64,000 nt of DNA from a virus: IMG/VR virus record IMGVR_UViG_3300027861_000010. One strand, written 5' to 3'. Both the position numbers and the translations under genes were made by a program. The first letter of the stretch is position 1. Each line of letters opens with the position of its first letter. Of this stretch, positions 1-8,632 are shown piece by piece. Below the pieces are notes generated by a model that did not search any database, was not told the DNA's origin, and saw only the letters and a program-made list of their open reading frames with translations.

Positions 1-1
1 T

Positions 2-532
2 CCCTTCAACACCAAGCCGTTTCCTGTTGAGAAGCTGGCTGTATTCGGTTCAGCGGAGTGTGATACTCAGCTGGCCGCATTAGCCGATCGCAAGATCATT
101 CTCAATGTGCAAGACTATGCCAGGTTGGCTGGGAGAGAGGAGCATGTTAAAAGTGCTGCTGCGATTCTGCCTGGTATTTACACCAGAATGACAGATGATG
201 AGAGTCTTCCGCTTCGTGTTGAAGCTGGGGCTTGCTCGTTTGTCGAGAAGACAGCGAATGAGAATTCGCGTATGCTTGCTGCTTCGACTTTTGCAGAACA
301 TTCTCTGCAGAAGTCAGCCTGCGAGGATCGTGGATACCTCAGTTGTATTCGGGAGCAACGCGTTCCTGAATTTATTTTGTTTGAAAAGTTAGCTTCCTGT
401 GACAAGGACGGCGAAGAGTTAGCCAGAGACTACGCAATGTATAAACTGGCTGCTTTATGGCGTACCGCGGCAGAGGATTCTGAGTTTCCATTGACAGTTA
501 GGTTAACTCTTCGTCAGAATCAGGTACTTTGA
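2..532 (+). CDS. C-terminal part of a head-morphogenesis protein (5' truncated; possibly prohead protease or core protein)
   Basis: The frame of track ORF 107..532 stays open back to position 2. It carries several K-x-A motifs like the downstream head proteins and lies just upstream of the scaffold and capsid genes. No catalytic motif is visible in this fragment. Confidence 0.6.
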   Translation, partial: PFNTKPFPVEKLAVFGSAECDTQLAALADRKIILNVQDYARLAGREEHVKSAAAILPGIYTRMTDDESLPLRVEAGACSFVEKTANENSRMLAASTFAEHSLQKSACEDRGYLSCIREQRVPEFILFEKLASCDKDGEELARDYAMYKLAALWRTAAEDSEFPLTVRLTLRQNQVL

Positions 533-579
533 AACCCTGAAGCTAACGGAGTCTTACCCGTTTCAGCAAGGAGTGCGTA

Positions 580-1881
580 ATGACCAACTCTGCAGTAGCG
601 TCGATGAAATCCATCGACCGTTTTTTGCAGGAGGTCGCCGCTACCGAAAAGAAGGCTGCCGAGGCTAATACAGAGCCAGGTAGTGTCGGTGGCCCGACTG
701 AACATCCTGTGAAAGATGTTGACGACTCAACTGAAGACGCGAAGGAAGGTGCCCGCTCTGCGGAAAATACTTCTGACGTGAAAGCCGACCAAGGCCCACC
801 TTCTGTTGAAAACACACCGGATAATGTTGCCGCGAAAAAGGCGGTTGATGGCAAGTCGGAAGACGGGTCCGTCAATCCTCCTGGAACTGCGTCGGAAGAC
901 CAGCTCCAGATCGGCACCAAAAAGGAACCCACGGGACAGGATCCCTCCGTCGAAACCTCCTCGGTAAAAGCCGAGAAGGAAGACCCAGCCGCGGCTGGTG
1001 ACGGATCGGTCGGTCACTCGACCCATCCTGCTCGTACAAATAACAGCGAGCTTGACGGCTACAAGTACGCTGAAATGGATCTGGATCAGTTGGCCAAGGT
1101 TGCGTCCGACATGGGCAACGACCTGCTGGTTAAACTTTCCCAGGCCCAGGACAGCGAACAGAAGCCAGTCAAGGCAGCCGAAGAAGACGACTCTTCGGAA
1201 GAGAAGGAAGCTGCTGCCGACGTAGCCGGTCAAGCCGGTTGGGAATTGGCAGGCCTCCTCAGCGGTGATTTTGACAAGAAGGCTGCTGATGCTCTGGTCC
1301 AGAATACTCTGGAAGAGATCATCAAGACTGCATCCGACGATGCAGAAAAGGTAGCTGAGTTCCTCCAGAGCTACTCGGAGGAAATGTCAAAAAAAGCAAT
1401 GGGTGAGATGCCGCAGGGCGTTGATCCTGCCGCGATGATGGGTGGCGAACCTGGTGCCGACCCTGCCGCCATGGGTGAAGATCCCGCTGCCATGATGGGC
1501 GGCGAGGGTGGAGCCGAAATGGAAGGCATGATGGGCGGTGGCGAGGAAGAGGCAGCCATGGGCGGTGGCGGTGACGACGTCGCACAATTGGCCGCGATTC
1601 TTGAATCTCTCGGCATCTCACCCGAAGAGCTTGAAGCAGCGATGGCTGCACAAGGCGGCATGGGCGAAGGCGGCGGGGAGGAAATGATGGGCGAAGGTGG
1701 CGGTGAAATGCCTCCTGGTCCACCTCCCGAAGAGGCTCCCGAAGACACTGCCGGTGAAACACCGGGAATGGAAGTGGAAGCTTCTGACAAGAGTGCCAAG
1801 ACGGCTGCGGCTAAGAAGGGTGCCGCTGAGAAGTCCACACGAGACTACATCCAGGAAGTCCTGGAACGGTCTCGACGTTAA
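580..1881 (+). CDS. Probable prohead scaffolding/core protein (acidic, low complexity)
   Basis: 433 aa, very rich in E/D/A/G/M, DPAAM repeats, SD AAGGAG, upstream of the decoration and MCP genes, many K-x-A-[A/S] motifs. Confidence 0.6.
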   Translation: MTNSAVASMKSIDRFLQEVAATEKKAAEANTEPGSVGGPTEHPVKDVDDSTEDAKEGARSAENTSDVKADQGPPSVENTPDNVAAKKAVDGKSEDGSVNPPGTASEDQLQIGTKKEPTGQDPSVETSSVKAEKEDPAAAGDGSVGHSTHPARTNNSELDGYKYAEMDLDQLAKVASDMGNDLLVKLSQAQDSEQKPVKAAEEDDSSEEKEAAADVAGQAGWELAGLLSGDFDKKAADALVQNTLEEIIKTASDDAEKVAEFLQSYSEEMSKKAMGEMPQGVDPAAMMGGEPGADPAAMGEDPAAMMGGEGGAEMEGMMGGGEEEAAMGGGGDDVAQLAAILESLGISPEELEAAMAAQGGMGEGGGEEMMGEGGGEMPPGPPPEEAPEDTAGETPGMEVEASDKSAKTAAAKKGAAEKSTRDYIQEVLERSRR

Positions 1882-1922
1882 TCCTTCATTTCATCAATCA
1901 AAACTCACGGAGGATTTCCGTA

Positions 1923-2363
1923 ATGAATACGAAGCTCGCAGCCCAGACGGTAGAGTTCATTGCCGCATCGTCGGCACTGAATGATCGCCTTATGGGTCAA
2001 GTGCAATCGTATCGTGAGAAAGAGAAGCAAGCCGCTGCGAAGCGGGATGCTGTTCTCGATCTCATGATCGAAACTGGCTCGGTTGCTCCCCATCAAAAGC
2101 AGGCAGCTGCTGAGATGTTGGCCAACCACGGTCAAAGTCTGGATCTCCTAGTCAACGCAATTAACAAGATGGCCAGCTATAAGCAGGCCAGCGAGAAGGC
2201 TGCGTCTGACCTGGGTCAAGCTGTTACTGAGAAGGAAGCTGGCATCAAAACCCAGCCCCAGGTCAAAGACAGCCTGAATGATCCTTATGTTGGACGTCGC
2301 ACTTCTGAAAAGAAGGCGTCGGACATGGCGATTCTGGCGGTTTTGGACGCTCCGCGTACTTAA
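1923..2363 (+). CDS. Head/core protein, helical, K-x-A-A/S rich
   Basis: 146 aa, SD GGAGG, position in head cluster. Confidence 0.7.
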   Translation: MNTKLAAQTVEFIAASSALNDRLMGQVQSYREKEKQAAAKRDAVLDLMIETGSVAPHQKQAAAEMLANHGQSLDLLVNAINKMASYKQASEKAASDLGQAVTEKEAGIKTQPQVKDSLNDPYVGRRTSEKKASDMAILAVLDAPRT

Positions 2364-2414
2364 CTTCAACATCTAAAGGCTACCAAGCTTTAATTGGTTC
2401 AAGGAGGACTAACT

Positions 2415-2957
2415 ATGGCCGCTCCACGGCAGATGACAGCCAACACCCTCAATGCGTTGAAGGGTTGGCCGCAAATGAACGCGGTTGATTACCACACGGA
2501 ATTCGATGCGTCGATTCCCGCTGGCGATCTTCCCGCCCTGGCTGGCTCAGTGGTTTCACTGAACAGCTCTGGAAACTTTATTCTGGGCGTCGGCACCACA
2601 AATGTGATGCCGCTGTTCTTGTTCAATAACTCGGACGATCCAGATGTCAGCAACGATGGTGGCGATGCCTCCACCGACGCTGGTGTCTTCATTCCGATTT
2701 CACCGACGGGCCAGGCAATGGCTCTCGTCGCTGTTGGTGCTTACGAGCTTGTGAGCACCGCGTACGTTGATGCTGCCTATGCTCCGAACGACCCGCTTAC
2801 CGCGGATCTCTCGGGCGGTGGTGCACCGGGTCAGCTGCAAGCTGGTACGTTGTACACCGACATGATTGTCGGCATTGTTTCTCGTGGCGTTGTCGACAAC
2901 GGGTACGGAAAGAACGCTTTGGCGTTCTGGCCATTCCCTGTGTTCCCGACTCCGTAA
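2415..2957 (+). CDS. Probable capsid decoration/cement protein
   Basis: ATG 2415 after AAGGAGG. About 180 aa, beta-rich and Gly-rich, immediately upstream of the MCP, the usual position of decoration proteins. Confidence 0.6.
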   Translation: MAAPRQMTANTLNALKGWPQMNAVDYHTEFDASIPAGDLPALAGSVVSLNSSGNFILGVGTTNVMPLFLFNNSDDPDVSNDGGDASTDAGVFIPISPTGQAMALVAVGAYELVSTAYVDAAYAPNDPLTADLSGGGAPGQLQAGTLYTDMIVGIVSRGVVDNGYGKNALAFWPFPVFPTP

Positions 2958-3021
2958 CTTATAAGTCTCTGATCCGGCCTGATAAGCATCAGTCGGACGT
3001 AATACAAGGAGGTTTCCTCAA

Positions 3022-3969
3022 ATGGCTAACTCAACAGTCATGACTCAAGAAGAATCCAAACTTCTGAGTCAAGCGATCTTTGAGAAGCTGTCCTCGCGAG
3101 ATCCAAGTCTCGAGAAGCAGGCCGTTGACGCTGTCAACGACTTCACTCGTACGAAGATGCGTGAAGACGGATTCTACCGTCGGATCATGCCGCCGATTCC
3201 AATCGCCAATGACGATCTCGATCGTCAAGTCGATACGGACAAGCCGGTCAAGATCGTGGACAAAGAACCGGACAGCCCAGCTGCTGTGTCGATTCCGTTC
3301 GCCACGTTGCCGACGAATCTTTACATCAAGGGCGACCGTTACCGGGTGCACTTCGACCGAATCGTGACTCCCAAGTTCACGAAGGACGTCGACGAGTTGC
3401 GTACCTGGTACATGGATATTCGCCAGGTCCTTTCGGACAACGCGATCAAGGACATGCTGGCAGAGGAAGATGGCAAGTTCATCTCCGCCGTCAACACCGC
3501 GTTGGTCGGTCCTGGTCTGGTTGTTCCCACTTCGGGAACGGTTCAGTATCAGCAAATCGCTGGTGGCATCACCCGCGATACCCTGTGGGATTCGCTCAAG
3601 ATCATGCCCAACACGCCGTCGAACCTTGAAGTTCACTGCGTGCTGCTCAACAACATCACCATCAAGGAAGTGGCTAAGTTCAGCCGCAACGAGATGGGTG
3701 GTGACCTCTCCGAAGAGATCATGCGTAACGGCTGGACTCTGAGCGAGGCGATGGGCGTCAAGTGGGTGATTACGATCAAGAAGGGTCTCGTGCCAACCAA
3801 CACGATGTACCACTTCGCTGATCCCAAGTTCATAGGCAAGAGCTATATGCTCGAAGATACAACGATGTACATCCGTCGAGAGGCGTATTTCATCGAGTTC
3901 TTCGCCTACGAATCCCTGGGTGGAACACTGGGTCATACCTCTGGTTTGGCTCGCGTCGACTTCACCTAA
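3022..3969 (+). CDS. Major capsid protein (HK97/encapsulin-like fold)
   Basis: 315 aa, strong SD AAGGAGG, strongly biased codons. Segments FYRRIMPP, RIVTPKFTKDVDELR, DIRQVLSDNAIKDMLAEED and FFAYESLGG resemble HK97-fold capsid proteins. Followed by a stable hairpin. Confidence 0.85.
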   Translation: MANSTVMTQEESKLLSQAIFEKLSSRDPSLEKQAVDAVNDFTRTKMREDGFYRRIMPPIPIANDDLDRQVDTDKPVKIVDKEPDSPAAVSIPFATLPTNLYIKGDRYRVHFDRIVTPKFTKDVDELRTWYMDIRQVLSDNAIKDMLAEEDGKFISAVNTALVGPGLVVPTSGTVQYQQIAGGITRDTLWDSLKIMPNTPSNLEVHCVLLNNITIKEVAKFSRNEMGGDLSEEIMRNGWTLSEAMGVKWVITIKKGLVPTNTMYHFADPKFIGKSYMLEDTTMYIRREAYFIEFFAYESLGGTLGHTSGLARVDFT

Positions 3970-3988
3970 TCGTCATGGTTGCGGCAAA

Positions 3989-4018
3989 GGAGCCCGGTGG
4001 TTTCGGTCACCGGGCTCC
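3989..4018 (+). promoter_or_regulatory. GC-rich stem-loop with TTCG loop after the MCP stop (mRNA stabiliser or pause site; no U tract)
   Basis: GGAGCCCGGTGGT-TTCG-GTCACCGGGCTCC. Confidence 0.6.
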
Positions 4019-4050
4019 CGACCCGGCTAACCCTTCATGGAGAAACAATC

Positions 4051-4326
4051 ATGGCAACTGCTTTTACAGGGTCTTACACTGATCAGAGTTTGACGACTCG
4101 AGCACCGTTCACGCCTCAGAGCCTTCCGGCTCCTGTCACGAATCCTCGTGATCTCGGTGAAAACCGAACCTACCGGAATGATCTGGCTGACTCCGCTCGA
4201 CAAGTTGATCTTTCTGCTCAGCAGGCCGATTCTAAACCTTTTCCTCCCAACAAGTGGGAACCTGGGTACGACCCTTACGCCAATGGCGGCGGACTGGAAG
4301 CGTACTTGGATAATTCAGGCGGGTAA
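4051..4326 (+). CDS. Small hypothetical head-cluster protein
   Basis: ATG 4051 preceded by GGAGA; 91 aa, Pro-rich. Confidence 0.6.
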   Translation: MATAFTGSYTDQSLTTRAPFTPQSLPAPVTNPRDLGENRTYRNDLADSARQVDLSAQQADSKPFPPNKWEPGYDPYANGGGLEAYLDNSGG

Positions 4327-4373
4327 CCGCTCACTTGCTGGAGGTTAAAATCCAGATTTTGGAGAAATACGCT

Positions 4374-4772
4374 ATGTCGAAAGAAACGCAAGCAACCCTG
4401 CCAGATCCGGCAGATGCTTACAATCAGCTCTTCGACGGCGTGCACGCTCAGGTATTCCTCGGCAAACTTGCAAGTTACGGTATTCAGCCAAGCACTGAAA
4501 AGGAAGCCGCGGACTTGTTCACGCTTGCCGGACACCTGCGTCACGTCGATGGTCCTGAGAAGCAAGCCGCTGATCAGAGCCGCTTTGGGGGAGCTGTTAC
4601 GGCTCTCGATTCTGTTCTTGGTAACACACCTGAAGGTCGTCAGCAGTCCGCTGTCGAAGGCCAACAGGCAATCAAGCTGGCCGCTGCCGAGCTGATGCAA
4701 GACTCTAGCGTTTATGACGCTGTGCTCTCGCTGAAAGCTCACGAAGCTGCTGTCTTGGCTGGTGAGAAATAA
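4374..4772 (+). CDS. Head/core protein with K-x-A-A motifs
   Basis: ATG 4374 after GGAGA; motifs KLAS, KEAA, KQAA, KLAA. Confidence 0.7.
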   Translation: MSKETQATLPDPADAYNQLFDGVHAQVFLGKLASYGIQPSTEKEAADLFTLAGHLRHVDGPEKQAADQSRFGGAVTALDSVLGNTPEGRQQSAVEGQQAIKLAAAELMQDSSVYDAVLSLKAHEAAVLAGEK

Positions 4773-4783
4773 GGAGATTACTC

Positions 4784-5161
4784 ATGGCTCACACTTTTGA
4801 TGTCGACGGCAAGGTAATGGATACGTCTTGCCTGTATTCGACAGTAAAGAACATCTCTGGTGTGGCAAAGATCTTCGGATTCTTGCCGCCCCACGGACGT
4901 ACCCTTGCTGTCAATGAAGAGTTCACCGTTTTCGGTGACGTTCGCCAGGGTCTCGGTGGAAACCGAGGAGCTGAGCGAAGTGTCCATCGCCGAGATAACG
5001 CAGCCTTCGAGGCCGCGATTGAATCTGGTGATCTGGAAATTCTGCAGACTCCGAGTCCCGTCCTTCAGGATGTTGACACTGGTCTGCCGAAGATGCTCCA
5101 GTTGGCCAGCGGTGTACTTTCCGCAGTGGATCCTTGCTGGCACAATTCGATCAGTCAATAA
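4784..5161 (+). CDS. Small virion/head protein
   Basis: 125 aa, SD AAGGAG, last gene before a terminator. Confidence 0.7.
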   Translation: MAHTFDVDGKVMDTSCLYSTVKNISGVAKIFGFLPPHGRTLAVNEEFTVFGDVRQGLGGNRGAERSVHRRDNAAFEAAIESGDLEILQTPSPVLQDVDTGLPKMLQLASGVLSAVDPCWHNSISQ

Positions 5162-5186
5162 GACGATTGGATGCTGGCGAAATTCA

Positions 5187-5227
5187 AGGTCAATCGGTTA
5201 TCATGGTAACCGGTTGGCCTTTTTTTC
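5187..5227 (+). terminator. Rho-independent terminator ending the head cluster
   Basis: AGGTCAATCGGTTA-tcatgg-TAACCGGTTGGCCT followed by a T run. Confidence 0.75.
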
Positions 5228-5246
5228 CACTTGGAGAGCGATCCAC

Positions 5247-6488
5247 ATGCTGAGCCTGATTACCCCAACACACAACCCTACTTACTTGACTGAGGCTTAC
5301 CACTCAATCAAGTTGCAGACGCACAAAGACTGGGAGTGGGTAATCGTCCCAAACGGGGAAGGCACGAAGATCCCTAATGTCATCACAGCAGACCCGCGGG
5401 TCCGCGTCATTGAAGGCGGTCGTGACCTACACAATGTAGGTGCTTTGAAGCGATTGGCTTGTGACAACGCTAAAGGCGATGCGTTCGTTGAGTTCGATCA
5501 CGATGACTTGCTTGTACCAGGAGTTAGTCTTCAACGCATTGCTGAGCGGTTTGCAGCAGGAGCCGGTTTCGTTTACTCCGACACCGCGGTGTTCCGCTAC
5601 AAGGCTCGACCGGAACAAAACAAGGAAGATTTTCCGACCTTCAGCAAGTACACGTACTCTGCTTTGCATGGTTGGAAAGAGTATCCAATTTACATCTACG
5701 GTCGCCACCTGTTAGCTACTGCCTGTTTTGAGATCACGCCGCGATCCTTGGCCGAGATCTATTACAGTCCTGACCACATTCGTTGCTGGTCTCGAAAAGC
5801 ATACTACGAAGCGGGCGGACACAATCCTGAGTTGCCAGTTTGCGACGATCACGAACTGATGATCAAAACGTACCTGACCGGCACCCCCTTTCACCACACA
5901 GGCGGCTGTAACTACCTGTACCGTTCGTTCGACCACAACACGGTTGTCATGCGGAACAAGCAGATTCAGAAGACTACTCGAGAGCTTAAGGAGACATACA
6001 CCCAGGCTTTGATTGAGTCCTGGGTAGCCCGCCACGGTCACGTCCAACTTGATCTGACTGAGCTGATCAATTCTGGTTGGAATGCAGATCGAGACCTACT
6101 AAAAGGGTTCGGGAATCAGCAAGTTGGGTACATCGTAGCGGACACCGAACTGCAGAAGCTTGAAGGTTGGCAAGTTCGGGAGTTCATGAACGAAGCTTAC
6201 GAAGCCCTGATTCCTGGGGGTTACCTCACAATCACGGTGCCTGAGGTCCACTCAGGTATGGGGTACGGCGACGTGGAGTGGAAATCACACTTCAGTGCGA
6301 CCAGCATGATGCCATATACTCGGAGAGCATTTGCCAGTAAGAACGGTAAGGTTACTTGCCGATTCCAGCAGATCAATTGCTTGGAGGTGTACCCATCAGA
6401 TTGGCACCGCGACAACAGCTTCAAGTACCTGAGGTTCGAGCTGGTAGCTCTCAAGGGGCAAAGGCACCCGGGGCTCCAGAACATTTGA
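5247..6488 (+). CDS. GT2-family glycosyltransferase fused to a degenerate class I methyltransferase-like domain
   Basis: Start ATG 5247 after GGAGAG. GT-A motifs MLSLITPTHN, WEWVIV, EFDHDDLL (DxD) and VCDDHEL. C-terminal EAYEALIPGGYLTITVP is MTase-like. Confidence 0.8.
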   Translation: MLSLITPTHNPTYLTEAYHSIKLQTHKDWEWVIVPNGEGTKIPNVITADPRVRVIEGGRDLHNVGALKRLACDNAKGDAFVEFDHDDLLVPGVSLQRIAERFAAGAGFVYSDTAVFRYKARPEQNKEDFPTFSKYTYSALHGWKEYPIYIYGRHLLATACFEITPRSLAEIYYSPDHIRCWSRKAYYEAGGHNPELPVCDDHELMIKTYLTGTPFHHTGGCNYLYRSFDHNTVVMRNKQIQKTTRELKETYTQALIESWVARHGHVQLDLTELINSGWNADRDLLKGFGNQQVGYIVADTELQKLEGWQVREFMNEAYEALIPGGYLTITVPEVHSGMGYGDVEWKSHFSATSMMPYTRRAFASKNGKVTCRFQQINCLEVYPSDWHRDNSFKYLRFELVALKGQRHPGLQNI

Positions 6489-6525
6489 GGTTGAATGAGG
6501 ATGCCTCATAGTTCAAAATAACCAT

Positions 6526-6556
6526 ACACTTTATCAGGTCTGAAAAGTGTTTTTTA
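6526..6556 (+). terminator. Probable intrinsic terminator after the GT2 gene
   Basis: ACACTTT-atcaggtctga-AAAGTGT followed by TTTTT. Confidence 0.5.
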
Positions 6557-6577
6557 GCAAAACGAAAGGATTCGACC

Positions 6578-8560
6578 ATGGCGATTGCCGACGATTTTAG
6601 CGTGGCGGTTAACGGTGACATTCGTCACGTTTCCGGTACCACGACATACACTGTATTGGAATTTCACAGGTTTTTGCAGGACTTGGCAGACGATGCTCAA
6701 GCTTCCGGCAACGATCTTCTTGACATTACATCATCCACACCATCTGATCGCTCGACTGACAACATTATCTCGCTCAACTCCCCGTACAATGTTGATGATA
6801 CGGTAGCTGAGTACTTGTATGATGGTTCAATTACGCAGGGCGGTGGCAACACTGTTTACTCCGGTCTGCGGGTTCTTGGTGCTGTGAACACTGCCGCAAC
6901 GCAGTTATTCATCATTCAAGACAACGCTCTGTACCAATTCACCACAACACCGGCTTCTCCTTTCTGGGGAACGCAGGGTAGTGGTGGATACAACGGTAAC
7001 GCCGCTCAGGGTATTCTCATGCGTTGCCTTGTGAAGTCACGAGACAACGGTGCTGATATTGACGGGCAACGTATTCGAGTGCAAGCTCGACACTACGGCG
7101 ACACGTACGACTTTTTCAACGTGACCTTAGGGCAGGGCGAGTCTGTGGCTGCTATCTCGACCACGCCTGACGCACAGAACGATACGGCACAGGGAACTGT
7201 GACTGCGTACTCAGACGTGCTCAACAGTGGTGGAACAGCCAACGCACCGACCGGTGGTTATCAGACCATCGACCTGAACAATGGTAATGGTGCCCGTCCT
7301 TACTACTCGAAGTGGACCTACGGCTCTCAGGCAGATGGCTTGAAGGCGATTTGGGAATACACTAAGGACTTGACGGGGATGTCTCCGTCGCTGTCGTCTA
7401 AGTCGCTTGATTCGCTTGACGGTGGTTTGTTTCTTGGAATTACCCATGACCTCAATTACGACAACGAGGCGGGTGGTCCGTTTTCCGAGCGTGAAACTGT
7501 TGTGTGGGGAACAAAGATTTTCTACGACACACTGGTAAGTGGTCCGTTAACGGCTGGTAACTATGTCACGATCGGTTCCGGCGGTGCAGCTGGTCGCGTG
7601 ATGTACGACAACGCACTCGGTGGGTACTTGATCGTTGCATTGGAAGACACGTCGATTACCGTGTTGAATAACGATGTCATCACTGAGTTCTCTGGGCCAG
7701 GTGCAGCTGCTACCTCGACTACCGCTGCAGTTGACACAGGTGGCGGTGCTGTCCAGAACAATGACAAGTCTGGCGGTTCTGGCCTCCTACTTGCGTTGAA
7801 CGACACAGGAGCCGCTGGTGACATGTGGATTCAACTACTGACTGGCTCTGCTCCTTTGGACAATCTGCCACTGCTCGGTGTAACTTCCGAAGCTACAGCA
7901 GATGTGAACGGCTCGGCTCTGTCTCGTACGATTCCTAAAATCTTCACGGGTTCCTTTACTGGTTCGTACATCGGTGCGTTCGGTATCGGTATCGACGTAG
8001 CCGACTTGTCTGCTACTGACACGCTTGAGGATCTTCTTGCTGTTACACAGACTCCGCCTAACAACGTGACATTCACCGTTACTGGCTTGGTCTCCGGCGA
8101 GGACAGAGTTCTTGTTGGTCCTCGAAGTGCGGGTACGCTGAACAAGGCACAGGATACTCTAAACGGAACTTTGACTGATAACGTCACGACCAACGTCGCG
8201 ACTAACGTCGCGGTTCCGTCTGACACTCCTGCTTCGGGAACTGTTCGGATTGAAGATGACAACGGTGTCTACACCAGACAGGCTTACGCGTCGTACGCCG
8301 GATCAGCTTTCACGTTGTCGGCAGCCTACCAAGGTTCGGACAATGCGGACGCCAGTTCTGGGAACGACTTGTTCATCTCGTACATCGACCAGCTATCTTC
8401 GGGAAGCACAGCATCGTTCACGACGATCTATAGTTCTAACCGAGATCTCTTTGTTCGCGTTCGAGACGGGGGTGCTACTCCCATCAAGACGTTTGAAATT
8501 GGTGCGACTTTAACAGCTACCGGCGGTACGGTTGCTGCGATTCGCACGTCTGACGCGTAG
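6578..8560 (+). CDS. Large beta-rich virion appendage/structural protein
   Basis: 660 aa, T/G/S/D/N-rich, lies between head and neck genes; no specific family recognised. Confidence 0.6.
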   Translation: MAIADDFSVAVNGDIRHVSGTTTYTVLEFHRFLQDLADDAQASGNDLLDITSSTPSDRSTDNIISLNSPYNVDDTVAEYLYDGSITQGGGNTVYSGLRVLGAVNTAATQLFIIQDNALYQFTTTPASPFWGTQGSGGYNGNAAQGILMRCLVKSRDNGADIDGQRIRVQARHYGDTYDFFNVTLGQGESVAAISTTPDAQNDTAQGTVTAYSDVLNSGGTANAPTGGYQTIDLNNGNGARPYYSKWTYGSQADGLKAIWEYTKDLTGMSPSLSSKSLDSLDGGLFLGITHDLNYDNEAGGPFSERETVVWGTKIFYDTLVSGPLTAGNYVTIGSGGAAGRVMYDNALGGYLIVALEDTSITVLNNDVITEFSGPGAAATSTTAAVDTGGGAVQNNDKSGGSGLLLALNDTGAAGDMWIQLLTGSAPLDNLPLLGVTSEATADVNGSALSRTIPKIFTGSFTGSYIGAFGIGIDVADLSATDTLEDLLAVTQTPPNNVTFTVTGLVSGEDRVLVGPRSAGTLNKAQDTLNGTLTDNVTTNVATNVAVPSDTPASGTVRIEDDNGVYTRQAYASYAGSAFTLSAAYQGSDNADASSGNDLFISYIDQLSSGSTASFTTIYSSNRDLFVRVRDGGATPIKTFEIGATLTATGGTVAAIRTSDA

Positions 8561-8584
8561 TGGGATAGATTATGGTTTGAAATT

Positions 8585-8620
8585 AGACCAGCAGGGAATC
8601 ACGCCCTGCTGGTCTTTGTA
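8585..8620 (+). terminator. Stem-loop, possible weak terminator
   Basis: AGACCAGCAGGG-aatcacg-CCCTGCTGGTCT (12 bp perfect stem), then TTGTATT. Confidence 0.5.
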
Positions 8621-8632
8621 TTGAGGGCTCTG

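Noticed and set aside
3031-3936. 301-aa antisense ORF opposite the MCP (also 19847..20713 and similar)
   Set aside because: Typical antisense shadow of codon-biased GC-rich genes; no motifs.
3022-3969. Encapsulin nanocompartment gene
   Set aside because: It shares the HK97-like fold, but the scaffold, decoration, neck and tail context indicates a phage capsid.
4860-5246. Extended N-terminus of the GT2 gene as in the ORF track
   Set aside because: It overlaps gene 4784..5161 and crosses a terminator; ATG 5247 has an SD and starts the GT2 motif.
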